Shown: positions 53,307-62,497, numbered from the stretch's first letter. The stretch: 64,000 nucleotides of DNA from Gemmatimonadota bacterium (GCA_041488455.1 JBGPPG010000004.1:143-64142), one strand, 5' to 3'. Made by a program: numbers and translations. The notes: a model not told the origin generated them from the letters alone.

Positions 53307-56129
53307 ATGCATCGGCATGATCCTGCATTCCTGCTTCACGAGCAGTTCGAGGAGCAGGCAAAGAGAACGCCTGACAGCATCGCCCTCCACTCCAAGGAGG
53401 GGAGCATCACTTTTGCCGACCTCAAGGCGAGCTCGGATCGCGTCGCGGGGTCGCTCCGCGCGAACGGGGTCTTGGACGGATGCTCCGTCGGACTCCACAT
53501 GGAGCGCTCGATCAACTATGTGGTCAGCGTGCTCGCCATTCTCAAATCGAACAGCGCCGTCGTCCCGCTGCCTCCATCCTATCCGGCAGGCCGTCTTCGC
53601 GACATTCTCTCCTTTTCGGCGCTTGACGCGGTCATTGACGATGAAGACACACCCCTCGACCCAGGTCTGAGCAGGCACGTCCTTCATCTCTCCGAGCTGT
53701 CAACCGGCGCCGGCGACACGAGCAGTGCTGGTCCGGCGAGCGCCGACCAGCCGGCGTTCGTCCTTTGCTCCTCGGGTTCTACCGGCACACCGAAGATGAT
53801 CGTCAGGAGTCATCGGTCCTTCTTTCATCGGCTCAACTGGACCTGGGACAATCATCCCTACGTGAGCGGCGAAGTGTGTTGCCAGAAATCGTACATGACA
53901 ACCACTCACGCGATCTACGAGCTCTTTGAGCCGCTCCTCCGTGGCATCCCGGTGCACCTCATTTCCGATGAAGAGGTGAGAAACCTCGAGTCGTTCTGGG
54001 ACGCGATCAGGACACGGGGCACCTCCCGGCTCCTCATCGTGCCGTCGGTGCTTCAGGCGTCGCTGGATATGCCGGGATTTGTCGCGCCACCCCTCAAGGT
54101 CCTGGTGCTCATGGGGGAGTACGTCCATCCCAAGTTGGCTGGGAGAGCGATCGAGTCATTTCACCAACAGACCAGAATCTTCTCCATTTACGGCAGCACC
54201 GAGGCAAGCTCAACGCTGGTTTGCGAGCTGAAGCAGTCCTTCCGAGCGGGTCAGGAGCTCCCGTTGGGGAAACCGATCTCGCGGGATGTACGGGCCTACG
54301 TCCTGGGTACCGACCTGGAACAGGTGGCACCAGGCGAAGTCGGGGTGTTGCATATCGCGGGTCCGGCTCTTTTCAAGGAGTACTTCAAGAACCCCGAGCT
54401 GACCGAGTCAGTGTTCGTCAAAGCCCCTGACCATGAGGACCCTGTATACGACACCCACGATCAGGTCCGTCGAATGCCGGATGGCGATCTGCAGTTTGTC
54501 GGACGCATCGATCACACGGTCAAGATAAGAGGCTTTCGCGTCGACCTTCAGGAGGTAGAGAAGACCATTCTGCTGCATCCGGAGGTCAGGCAGGCGGCCG
54601 TCGTACTGAGCGAGGGTGACCCGGGAAGCGCCATGCTGCTCGGATTCGTTGCTCCCGGAACCGTCGATCAGTCGAGCGTGTATCAGGTGCTGAGAGACCA
54701 TCTCCCTGCCTACATGGTGCCGTCCGTCGTCGTCGGGCTGAGCTCATTACCTCTCACACCCGGTGGTAAGATCGATCGCCTGAAGCTCCTGGCAGACTAT
54801 GCCAAGCGCCCCTCGACCAGTTCCGTAAGTCGAGATCAATCCGAGACTCAGAGAAGGGTGTCTGAGGTGTGGAGGGATGTACTCAAGCACGGAGATATTC
54901 AACACGATAGCAGCTTTTTCGAAGTCGGAGGCACCTCGCTGACGGTGTTCGCTGCGTTGCACCGCCTGCGAGAGGCGTTCAAACTGGATCGAAGCCAGCT
55001 CTCCGATCAGGCCATCTACCAGTTCCCCACCGTCGACGCGCTCGCCGCGTACATCGACAGCGTAAAGAGTGGAGGCGCGCCGATTGCGGCTTCGACGAAC
55101 GCGATCCTGGTCACTCTGAAAAGGGGCGACGGCGGCAGCCTTCCACCATTGTTTGTCATTGCGCCTTCCGGCGGTACTGTGGGCGCGTACGACAAACTGG
55201 CAAAGGCTCTCAGGACCAAGCGCGACGTAGTTGGGGTGCGAGATCCGTTCATCTGGGGCGAGAGAGACCCCACGATGGGGTTTCAGAGCTGGGTCGCTCT
55301 CTATGTCGGCGCAATTCGGGAGCGACAACCCCAAGGTCCCTATTACCTAGGAGCCTATTCGTCAGCAGGGTCATTCGGCTACGAAGTCGCCCGGCAGCTT
55401 CGGCGAGTTGGCCAGGAGGTCGCACTCCTGGCTCTGATCGATCCGTTGGGCATCGATCAGGAGAGCAGACGACGGTTTGGCTACTGGGCGTTCCGGGCGA
55501 GGTTCATGAGGCGGTCGTTCATGCGGATCGTGTTTCTGGGGGGATGGTTACGCCGGGCAATGCTGGGTTTAATACCAGGTGACGGGGCATCGGGGTGCGA
55601 AAACAAGAATGCAATGACGAAGGAGCAGTTTCTCCGATGCGCGGCGCGGGCGAGGAACAACAAGGCGCATGTTGCCAGCCTCTCGGCATTGCTGGAGCTC
55701 AACACAGGTCTCCCCGTCGCTCTTACCGATGCGGAGCTGTCGCAGGTAGAACCGGATCAGTGCTTGGCTCTGTTGCTTGCGCGGGTGACGGCGGTCGCTC
55801 CGGATATTGAGCCGGAGACTATCGAGAATATCGCGATCCAATACTACTGCCTTCAAACACGAGCAATGCAAGGTTACAGGCTCCAGCGCTACGACGGAAA
55901 GGTGGTAATGTTTGAGCCGGATGGCCCCCACAAAGGACTCGTGTCTGTCCAGTTCAGACCGCATGTGAGAGATCTTCGCGTACGGTATTTGAAGGTCGGC
56001 CGGCAATCCGATAGAACGCGAACTGTATCCGAGCGCTTCGCCGAAGGCCTGCGTCCACACTACCTGAGCATGCGTGACGACGAGTTTGTGAAGAGGTTGG
56101 CCGAGGAGCTGGAGCCATTGCTGCGATGA
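53307..56129 (+). CDS. Stand-alone NRPS-like enzyme, adenylation-thiolation-thioesterase (A-T-TE)
   Basis: A-domain cores (SSGSTGTPKM, IYGSTE, GRIDHTVKIRGFRVDLQEVE, GGKIDR). Carrier motif FFEVGGTSLT. TE region (LFVIAPSGGTVGAY, GPYYLGAYSSAGSFGYEVA, late RPHYLSM). No condensation domain. Confidence 0.85.
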   Translation: MHRHDPAFLLHEQFEEQAKRTPDSIALHSKEGSITFADLKASSDRVAGSLRANGVLDGCSVGLHMERSINYVVSVLAILKSNSAVVPLPPSYPAGRLRDILSFSALDAVIDDEDTPLDPGLSRHVLHLSELSTGAGDTSSAGPASADQPAFVLCSSGSTGTPKMIVRSHRSFFHRLNWTWDNHPYVSGEVCCQKSYMTTTHAIYELFEPLLRGIPVHLISDEEVRNLESFWDAIRTRGTSRLLIVPSVLQASLDMPGFVAPPLKVLVLMGEYVHPKLAGRAIESFHQQTRIFSIYGSTEASSTLVCELKQSFRAGQELPLGKPISRDVRAYVLGTDLEQVAPGEVGVLHIAGPALFKEYFKNPELTESVFVKAPDHEDPVYDTHDQVRRMPDGDLQFVGRIDHTVKIRGFRVDLQEVEKTILLHPEVRQAAVVLSEGDPGSAMLLGFVAPGTVDQSSVYQVLRDHLPAYMVPSVVVGLSSLPLTPGGKIDRLKLLADYAKRPSTSSVSRDQSETQRRVSEVWRDVLKHGDIQHDSSFFEVGGTSLTVFAALHRLREAFKLDRSQLSDQAIYQFPTVDALAAYIDSVKSGGAPIAASTNAILVTLKRGDGGSLPPLFVIAPSGGTVGAYDKLAKALRTKRDVVGVRDPFIWGERDPTMGFQSWVALYVGAIRERQPQGPYYLGAYSSAGSFGYEVARQLRRVGQEVALLALIDPLGIDQESRRRFGYWAFRARFMRRSFMRIVFLGGWLRRAMLGLIPGDGASGCENKNAMTKEQFLRCAARARNNKAHVASLSALLELNTGLPVALTDAELSQVEPDQCLALLLARVTAVAPDIEPETIENIAIQYYCLQTRAMQGYRLQRYDGKVVMFEPDGPHKGLVSVQFRPHVRDLRVRYLKVGRQSDRTRTVSERFAEGLRPHYLSMRDDEFVKRLAEELEPLLR

Positions 56130-56308
56130 GGCCTGGCAGGCAAAACCCCGCAACTACGTCCACGACCCCGAGCCCCCTCCTTACGTCCCGGCGCCCTGGC
56201 GGGATCCTTCCAGCCGCGTCAACGTTGATGGGCGCGCAGCCGTTATGGCCGCAGCAGCCATCTGGCAACGGCAGTCCTTACAGAACAAGATGTACAAGGG
56301 ACTAATGT

Positions 56309-56482
56309 ATGAACGTGTCGCAGGCACTTCGTCTCGTCCGCAACAAGTACACGGAAGAGCAACGGGGAACCCCAACTGGCGCGATCGCCGACGGTTACCG
56401 GCAGGCTTGCGAGGCATTTCCGGTGACAATGGCTGTGGCTCATCACATCTTCGCCGAGGGGTTCAAGCAAGAACAGGGATGA
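56309..56482 (+). CDS. Hypothetical 57-aa protein (below the ORF-track threshold)
   Basis: My own translation is MNVSQALRLVRNKYTEEQRGTPTGAIADGYRQACEAFPVTMAVAHHIFAEGFKQEQG. AAGGGA lies upstream. Confidence 0.3.
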   Translation: MNVSQALRLVRNKYTEEQRGTPTGAIADGYRQACEAFPVTMAVAHHIFAEGFKQEQG

Positions 56483-56741
56483 GATCCCCTCTCGAGCCTC
56501 GCGCTCGAGCGCATCCACGCCGGCCCAGAGCGCGGCGACGAGCGGTTTGGCCACGGGATCGCTCAGCGTTGGGGGCCGGGGAAAGCGCGGATGAGGGCCC
56601 TGGGGAAACCCGTCTTAGTGGCGAGCTGCCTAACCCGCGCCTGCAGCCGACAGGCGCGGCACTCTGGCAGGCCCGCTTGGGGGCTGCCGGTCACTGGCCC
56701 CCGCCGTAGCTTTGGCCGTGCCCTAAACACGGGAGGGGGCC

Positions 56742-57095
56742 ATGGGCCAGTTCGCGTGGACCGAGCAGGTAGCGACCATTAGCTCCATGCTGGACGCCTT
56801 GGAATACCAGGCCGCCCACGGCGACCTGGCCACGGCCGGCCTAGAGGATTTCAAGAGCGCCCTAGACGGCTTGCGGCTCCGGGCCTGGGGACTGCTAATG
56901 GCAACGAGCGCGGATGATTATGTCGGGTTTCAGAAAGGGTTCCGCATCCGCCGCGGGAAAGAGATGTGCCGCGCCCTCGGCGCTGACCTGCGGGCGGGGA
57001 AGCTGAGCGGACGCCATCCCGAGTTGCCGGAACTGGGCGCAGCCGCACGCGACCTCGCGGCGACGGTGGAGGAGGCGCGGCAGCAGGCCTTCTAA
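56742..57095 (+). CDS. Hypothetical 117-aa helical protein
   Basis: GGGAGGGGG RBS directly upstream of the ATG. No family recognised. Confidence 0.5.
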   Translation: MGQFAWTEQVATISSMLDALEYQAAHGDLATAGLEDFKSALDGLRLRAWGLLMATSADDYVGFQKGFRIRRGKEMCRALGADLRAGKLSGRHPELPELGAAARDLAATVEEARQQAF

Positions 57096-57314
57096 CTACC
57101 TAGCGCCGCCCCGACGGAGTTGAGCGGCGAGGCTGCCGATGACTTGGTTGAGGGGGGCACCCATGGCCGACAATGACCGAAAGCTGGGCTTCACGCTGAG
57201 CTTCATCGTGTCACATGAGCAGCGTTCGCCGGGACGCGGAGGCCTCGCGATCATACTCTGTGGCGGGTGGTAGGCTCCCTGACTAATCTCGCCGCCGCAC
57301 TGAAAGCAGATCAT
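57096..57314 (-). CDS. Hypothetical 72-aa protein with a CxxC...CxC pattern
   Basis: MICFQCGG...CSCD. GAGAGGA lies 5 nt upstream. Confidence 0.3.
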   Translation of the reverse strand: MICFQCGGEISQGAYHPPQSMIARPPRPGERCSCDTMKLSVKPSFRSLSAMGAPLNQVIGSLAAQLRRGGAR

Positions 57315-57408
57315 TCAATTCCTCTCAAGCCGAGGTTCAAGTACCGCCTCTACGCCTAGCACTTTCCGGGCCAACCAGAACGGCCACGCCCTGCGTCAAG
57401 GACGGGGA

Positions 57409-57831
57409 GTGGCACCCGAAGCTCGTCACCCGGGGCCCCGAGGTTTACCGCTGCAGCCGCCAAGGCACCCGGCTGGCGCCCATTTGTCGAAGGGATGGCT
57501 CATGCAGCTGGAGCCTGGCGGGGCGACGCCCGGGCGGCCAGCTTCTGCCGACGCCCAAGCGGAGGCAGGGATGAACCAGGCGAACGTGGCGGCGCTTACG
57601 GCACTCCTGGTTGAAGTGCTGGAGCCGGGCAACTTGTCGGCGGAGGAGATCGGCGACTTGGCAGAGGACCTCGCTGCCCATGGCGTGCTGGCGCCCAGCT
57701 CGTTGACCGACGAGCAGGCTCGGGAGGTGGTATCCGCCCGGCTCGACTTCGAACCGCCGGGCACATACACCGTCCGACCCCGGCTCGTCATTGCCACGCT
57801 GGAGCGCATCGCGCGGGGCGAGCGGCCATGA
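57409..57831 (+). CDS. Hypothetical protein (start uncertain)
   Basis: ORF only. Internal Met codons at 57502 and 57571 are alternative starts. Confidence 0.35.
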   Translation: MAPEARHPGPRGLPLQPPRHPAGAHLSKGWLMQLEPGGATPGRPASADAQAEAGMNQANVAALTALLVEVLEPGNLSAEEIGDLAEDLAAHGVLAPSSLTDEQAREVVSARLDFEPPGTYTVRPRLVIATLERIARGERP

Positions 57832-58112
57832 TCGAGTGCGGGGTAGCGGGCGCCGACGGAACAAGGTGCGGAGGGGCCGGCGAGAACTCGCCGATCGCAG
57901 TAAGCCGGGAACTCGGCCACGGCTCGGAGGAGATGGTCCAGCGGGTTTACTCGCACCTGGGGCAGGTGCGCCACCTCGCGGAGGTCGTCGAGTACCGGAT
58001 CGAGCGCACTTCGAGCGGCTCGGCGAGCAGCTCCGGCGGCTCGGGTTTGACACAACGAACGTCACAACGGCGGGGCAGGGGAGTGAGAATGAGAAACCCG
58101 CCGACCACATAA
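57828..58112 (+). pseudogene. C-terminal remnant of a tyrosine recombinase (integrase)
   Basis: ELGHGSEEMVQRVYSHLG matches the LGH....T..YxH box that carries the catalytic Tyr. The upstream catalytic boxes are absent. Ends 30 nt from the tRNA. Confidence 0.5.
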
Positions 58113-58141
58113 GTGATGGCGGGGTGGAGAATTCCGACACA

Positions 58142-58215
58142 TGGGCCCGGCCGGATTCGAACCGGCGGCCTCTTGCTCCGGAGGCAAGCGCTCTATCCAA
58201 CTGAGCTACGGACCC
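58142..58215 (-). tRNA. tRNA-Arg (anticodon CCG)
   Basis: Minus-strand cloverleaf. Acceptor GGGTCCG/CGGGCCC, D-arm TAGCTCAGTTGGATAGAGC, anticodon stem CTTGC/GCAAG with loop CTCCGGA, T-arm GCCGGTTCGAATCCGGC. CCA is not encoded. Confidence 0.9.
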
Positions 58216-58440
58216 GACTGCCGAGCGGCTGAACCTAGCACCGGCGCAGGGTCGTAACAAGCCGATGCCGCGCCACACAGGGCCCAACCTCACTCCAACG
58301 ACGGCAGGACATCGGGTCTATAATACGGGTGGCGCACGAGGCCCCGCCGGCCGACCTGCCCACCGCAAGAGCGCTCAAGACTCCGGCCCCGCGCCGGTGA
58401 CCTTCTTAGCAAGACGACCTCTAGTTCTTAGGAGACATCC

Positions 58441-59004
58441 ATGGCCCGTACCGCTGCCCCACCGCGCCCCCACGCCCCGTCCCGGAATTCCCAGGAATCG
58501 CTGCGGCCGCGCGCGACCAAGCTCTACTCGACCAAGAACGACCTGCCCGAGGCCTCCCGCATCGAGGCGATCGAGCTCCTCAACCAGCGCCTGGCCGACT
58601 GCATCGACCTCCAGACGCAGTGCAAGCAGGCCCACTGGAACGTGAAGGGGCCGTCGTTCATCGCCTTGCACAAGCTTTTCGACGAGGTGAACGAGGACGT
58701 CGAGGAGTACGTCGATCTCATCGCGGAGCGGGTGGTCCAGCTGGGAGGGATTGCCGAGGGCACCGCGCGCATCGTCGCCCAGCGCTCCGCGCTCATCGAC
58801 TACCCGCTCTCGCTCTCGACCGGCGAGGAGCACGTGGCGGCGCTGTCCGACGCGCTGGCCCAGTTCGGCCGCACGGTGCGGATCGGGATCGACGAGATGA
58901 ACGACCTCCAGGACGCCGACAGCGCCGACATCCTGACCGAAATCTCCCGCGGCGTGGACAAGTGGCTGTGGTTCGTGGAGGCCCACCAGCAGGCCAAGGC
59001 CTAA
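58441..59004 (+). CDS. dps: Dps (DNA-binding ferritin-like starvation protein)
   Basis: QAHWNVKGPSFIALHKLFDEV...YVDLIAERVVQLGG ferroxidase-site region. AGGAG RBS. Confidence 0.9.
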   Translation: MARTAAPPRPHAPSRNSQESLRPRATKLYSTKNDLPEASRIEAIELLNQRLADCIDLQTQCKQAHWNVKGPSFIALHKLFDEVNEDVEEYVDLIAERVVQLGGIAEGTARIVAQRSALIDYPLSLSTGEEHVAALSDALAQFGRTVRIGIDEMNDLQDADSADILTEISRGVDKWLWFVEAHQQAKA

Positions 59005-60467
59005 CCTCCGGCGCCGCTGACCGGGCTCGGTGCTTCGGGCTCGGTCGCCGGCGCCAGCTCGCTCTCACCGTCGAGCGCTCCGGGCGGCGCCACACCGAGC
59101 CACGTCAGCATCACCGGAAAGAGATCTACCGTGCGTAGCGGTCCGGCGGGGAGCGGCTCGCTCGACCACACACCCGTCTGCATGTGGGCCCGCGTCAGGC
59201 TGCCGTGGCCGGCGCGGTGCTCCGGAATTTCCCAGCGCCGGCGGAAGTCGTAGCCCGGCCGAGCCACGACCACGAGGTCCCCGGTGCGGGGCGAGCGGAA
59301 CTGGTCGAGCAGCTGGTAGGCCGCGTCGGGATAGTCCGCGCTCCAAGTGGCCTCCAGCCACTCACGGTCGCTCGCCAGCCATGGCCGCCCCACGCCGAGC
59401 GGGTCGCCCGTGAGGGGACGGTAGCTGATGGCCGGTCCCAGCCGGCGCACGGCCGCCTCGCCCTCCCACGACACCACCCGCACGGCGCCGTCCTCGTCCT
59501 CCGCGGCGACCAGCGCCACGGAGGGCTCGGCGAGTAGCGCCGCCACGAGGTCCTCGCCCGACCCGAACGCATTCCGCTGCCGGAGCCGGTCGAGCGGCCA
59601 GCGCGTGGTGCGGGGCTCGTCCGGACGGGCATAGACCATCGCCGACCCGTTGCCCGCCACCATCACCGCGGCGCGCGGGCTCCGGGTCCAGAGCACCGGG
59701 TGGGTCAGCGTGGGCACGCCCCGCTCGCGGAACCACTCGGCGAGATCGAGATGGGTGTGCACGCGTGCCGAGCCGTGGTCGCTCACCACCAGGATCAGGG
59801 ATCGGTCCAGCTCCCCCCGCGCGCGGAGTCGCTCGACCAGCCGCCCGATGACGCCGTCCACCTTGCGGAGGGCGCGGCGCACCGATGGCGCGTCCGGCCC
59901 GTCCTGGTGGGTGTATCCGTCCACAGCTGGAAACTGGGCAAAGACGAAGCGCGCCCGGCCGTCGGCCGCCGCCGCCAGGTGCTGGCCCACCGAGTCATCC
60001 GAGGGCTGGTGCCAGCGGGCGAAGTGCGCGACCGCGCCCCAGAGCTTTCGGGAGAGACGGGTCGGGTCGCGCTCGGGCGAAAGGCCGCGCGCCACCGGCG
60101 TGAAGAGCCCGAGGCTCTCCGGCACCAGCTCGAAGATCGTCCGTACCTCCGGCGCCAGGTCGGTGTCGAGAAGCGGTGCCTGGTAGCCGCAGTAGCTCCT
60201 GAGCGCCGCTCGATCCTGCCACCAGCGGCCGCGGTACGCGCTCCGGTCAAGCCAGCGGATCGACGGGATGTTGCAGCGCCCGGGCATGCAGCCCGTCAGG
60301 AAAGGGAGATAGGCGACGCTGGTCGTGGACGGGAACGCAGTGATGGCGGAGGCGTGACCGCCGCGCGCCGCGATTGCGGCGAGGTGGGGCAGCCGCCCGG
60401 CCGCGAGCTCGGCCTCGGCAAGGTCGGGCCGGAGACCGTCGACGAGCAGTAAAAAACAACGGGTCAT
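59001..60467 (-). CDS. Alkaline-phosphatase-superfamily (nucleotide pyrophosphatase/phosphodiesterase-like) protein
   Basis: LLLVDGLRPD metal/nucleophile region and LILVVSDHGS. Confidence 0.8.
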   Translation of the reverse strand: MTRCFLLLVDGLRPDLAEAELAAGRLPHLAAIAARGGHASAITAFPSTTSVAYLPFLTGCMPGRCNIPSIRWLDRSAYRGRWWQDRAALRSYCGYQAPLLDTDLAPEVRTIFELVPESLGLFTPVARGLSPERDPTRLSRKLWGAVAHFARWHQPSDDSVGQHLAAAADGRARFVFAQFPAVDGYTHQDGPDAPSVRRALRKVDGVIGRLVERLRARGELDRSLILVVSDHGSARVHTHLDLAEWFRERGVPTLTHPVLWTRSPRAAVMVAGNGSAMVYARPDEPRTTRWPLDRLRQRNAFGSGEDLVAALLAEPSVALVAAEDEDGAVRVVSWEGEAAVRRLGPAISYRPLTGDPLGVGRPWLASDREWLEATWSADYPDAAYQLLDQFRSPRTGDLVVVARPGYDFRRRWEIPEHRAGHGSLTRAHMQTGVWSSEPLPAGPLRTVDLFPVMLTWLGVAPPGALDGESELAPATEPEAPSPVSGAGG

Positions 60468-60485
60468 GGCGGCGCCCGGGTCTGC

Positions 60486-60686
60486 CTACTTCTCTGGTGA
60501 GGTGCGGCTGGGGCGGAAGGGGTCCAGCAGGGAGAGCCGCGGCGGGAGCGGTCCCGACCCCGCGATGCGCTCCTCCAGCTCCACCACCTCGAACTCCATG
60601 GTCTTGGCGTCCAGGCCGGTGGCGGCTTTGATCTGCGCCCGCTGCTCGTCGGTGAGGACGAGGCAGAGCGATTTGCGTCGGTTCAT
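60486..60686 (-). CDS. Small 66-aa protein with a leader-peptide-like N-terminus
   Basis: LVLTDEQRAQIKAATGLDAKTMEFEVVELEERIAGSG. Lies 18 nt upstream of the AP-family gene. No clear RBS. Confidence 0.35.
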   Translation of the reverse strand: MNRRKSLCLVLTDEQRAQIKAATGLDAKTMEFEVVELEERIAGSGPLPPRLSLLDPFRPSRTSPEK

Positions 60687-60974
60687 AAGGGGATGATGCA
60701 GGCTGGAGGCGCTCGCGCGCAAGTTGCGACCTTGCCCCGGCAGTGCAGCCGGAACCCGGGCGGGCGCCGGGTTGTTGCGCTAAGGTCCATTCGGCGGCAT
60801 GCTCTCGAGCCGAGAGCCAATCTGGAGAAAATCGATCAATGACCCAGCTCACGGCGGGTGGAGCAGTCCAACTTCCCCACGCTGCCACGGGCAAGCGGCT
60901 CCGGAAGCTGCCGCTCCAGCCGGGGCTCTCGGTGCCGGCTTAGGGTGATTCACCAACCACCTGGAGGTTCCCGC

Positions 60975-61976
60975 ATGTTGTCGCACTGGTCACGCCGCGT
61001 CAGCGTACTCTCTAGTCTCGCGGGCTTCCCGCTCGCACTCGCCGCGCAGCAGAGCCCGCCGGCGCCGAGCCTGCCGCAGCAGATCGCGGACGTGATGGTG
61101 CAGCTGGCCGGCGGCATCCACCCCGGCTACCGCTTCACTCACTCGAAGGGGCTCGTCTGCACCGGAACGTTCACGGCGGCGCCGGGCGCCAAGGCTGTCA
61201 GCAGCGCGGCCCATCTCGCCGGGGGCACGGTCCCGGTGACGGTGCGGTTCTCCGACGGCACCGGCAATCCGCAGATCCCGGACAACGACCCCAACGCGGC
61301 GCCGAGGGGGATGGCGATCCGCTTCGCGCTGCCGGGCGGCGGCAACACCGACATCGTCGCCAACTCGCACAACGGGTTCTTCATCGGCACCGGCGAAGAC
61401 TTCCTGGCATTCCTCAAGGCCATCGCGGCGACGACGCCCAAGAGCCCGCACCCTGCGCCCATCGAGCAGTTCCTCGGCGGCCACCCGCGCGCACTCAAGG
61501 TCATCGTGGACTCGAAGCCGCTGCCGGTGAGCTTCGCCACGCTCGACTTTTACGGCAACAACGCCTTCGTCTTCGTGGACGGGACAGGGGCGAAGCACGC
61601 CGGGCGCTACCAGATCATTCCCGTCGCCGGCGTTGTCCACCTGGACTCGGCGGCTGCGGCGAAGGTATCGCCCAACTATCTGTTCGAGGATCTGCCGAAG
61701 CGTCTGGCCAAGGGACCGGTGAAGTACCGGTTGTACGTGCAGCTGGCCAACCCGGGTGACCAGACCAACGACGGGTCGATCGTCTGGCCCGCCAACCGGA
61801 AGCGCGTGCTGCTCGGCACGATCAGCGTGACGACGGTGGCACCGAACAACGAGGAGCTCCAGCGGTCGCTCGCGTTCAATCCGATCTATCTCACGAAGGG
61901 CATCGAGCTCTCGGACGATCCGCTGCCGGTGCTCCGCTCGGCGGTGTACGCGCTGTCGGTGGCGCACCGGCACTAG
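60975..61976 (+). CDS. Catalase-related haem protein (small catalase-family peroxidase)
   Basis: HSKGLVCTGTFTA...VPVTVRFSDGTG...DPNAAPRGMAIRF and a distal YALSVAHR. Signal peptide present. GGAGG RBS. Confidence 0.85.
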   Translation: MLSHWSRRVSVLSSLAGFPLALAAQQSPPAPSLPQQIADVMVQLAGGIHPGYRFTHSKGLVCTGTFTAAPGAKAVSSAAHLAGGTVPVTVRFSDGTGNPQIPDNDPNAAPRGMAIRFALPGGGNTDIVANSHNGFFIGTGEDFLAFLKAIAATTPKSPHPAPIEQFLGGHPRALKVIVDSKPLPVSFATLDFYGNNAFVFVDGTGAKHAGRYQIIPVAGVVHLDSAAAAKVSPNYLFEDLPKRLAKGPVKYRLYVQLANPGDQTNDGSIVWPANRKRVLLGTISVTTVAPNNEELQRSLAFNPIYLTKGIELSDDPLPVLRSAVYALSVAHRH

Positions 61977-62497
61977 CCAGGGCGATGTAAACGATCCACC
62001 AGCGCCCCTCGAAGCGAACGAAGCGGAACTCGTCGGCTCCGACCAGCGTCGAGGCGCAGCGCGGTACCGAGACCTCGGCCCAATCGCCGTCGAGCGTGAT
62101 CACGCCCTCCTCGACGAGCGCATGGGCGTCGGGTGGAGCGCTCCGGCGGGGTACCGGCCGCGGGTGCGGACGCAATCGGGCCCCCCGGGCTGGCCGGGAG
62201 CCGGCCCGCGACGACCATGGCCTCTGGGGCGGGGTGATGCGCGACCAACTTTGCCGGCAGGATGTGGGCGGATAGCGCCTCCCAATCCTGGTGCGCAAGG
62301 CTGAAATAGAACGCCCGAAGCGTCGTGCGGAGCTGGGCCTGGACGGAATCGGTCCGGCCGGGCGATTGCTGCGCCGAGGCCGGAGGAGCCGAAGCTGCCA
62401 GCACGGCCAGGAGCGCCAGGCCAATGGAATGCCTCGGCCGATGTTCTCCAGTTCGGGGCCGATTCCGCGTCCTGCCCCCGCCGTCATTCTGCGTCAT
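61891..62497 (-). pseudogene. NTF2-like (SnoaL/DUF4440-type) secreted protein split by a frameshift
   Basis: One frame holds the signal peptide plus LRTTLRAFYFSLAHQDWEALSAHIL. The frame shifted by one nucleotide holds HALVEEGVITLDGDWAEVSV...DEFRFVRFEGRWWIVYI. Removing one base from the C6 run (62181-62186) joins them. Confidence 0.55.

Larger units (their letters stand above)
53225..58141. mobile_element. Decayed genomic island abutting the 3' end of tRNA-Arg
   Basis: Visibly lower G+C than the flanks. An integrase C-terminal remnant sits next to the tRNA. Cargo is an NRPS-like gene plus small orphan ORFs. No second att repeat was found. Confidence 0.45.

Noticed and set aside
58319-58324. 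A consensus TATAAT about 120 nt upstream of dps, and a TTCTTAG direct repeat near its RBS.
   Set aside because: There is no matching -35 element. It could serve either dps or the divergent tRNA. This is too little evidence to call a promoter.
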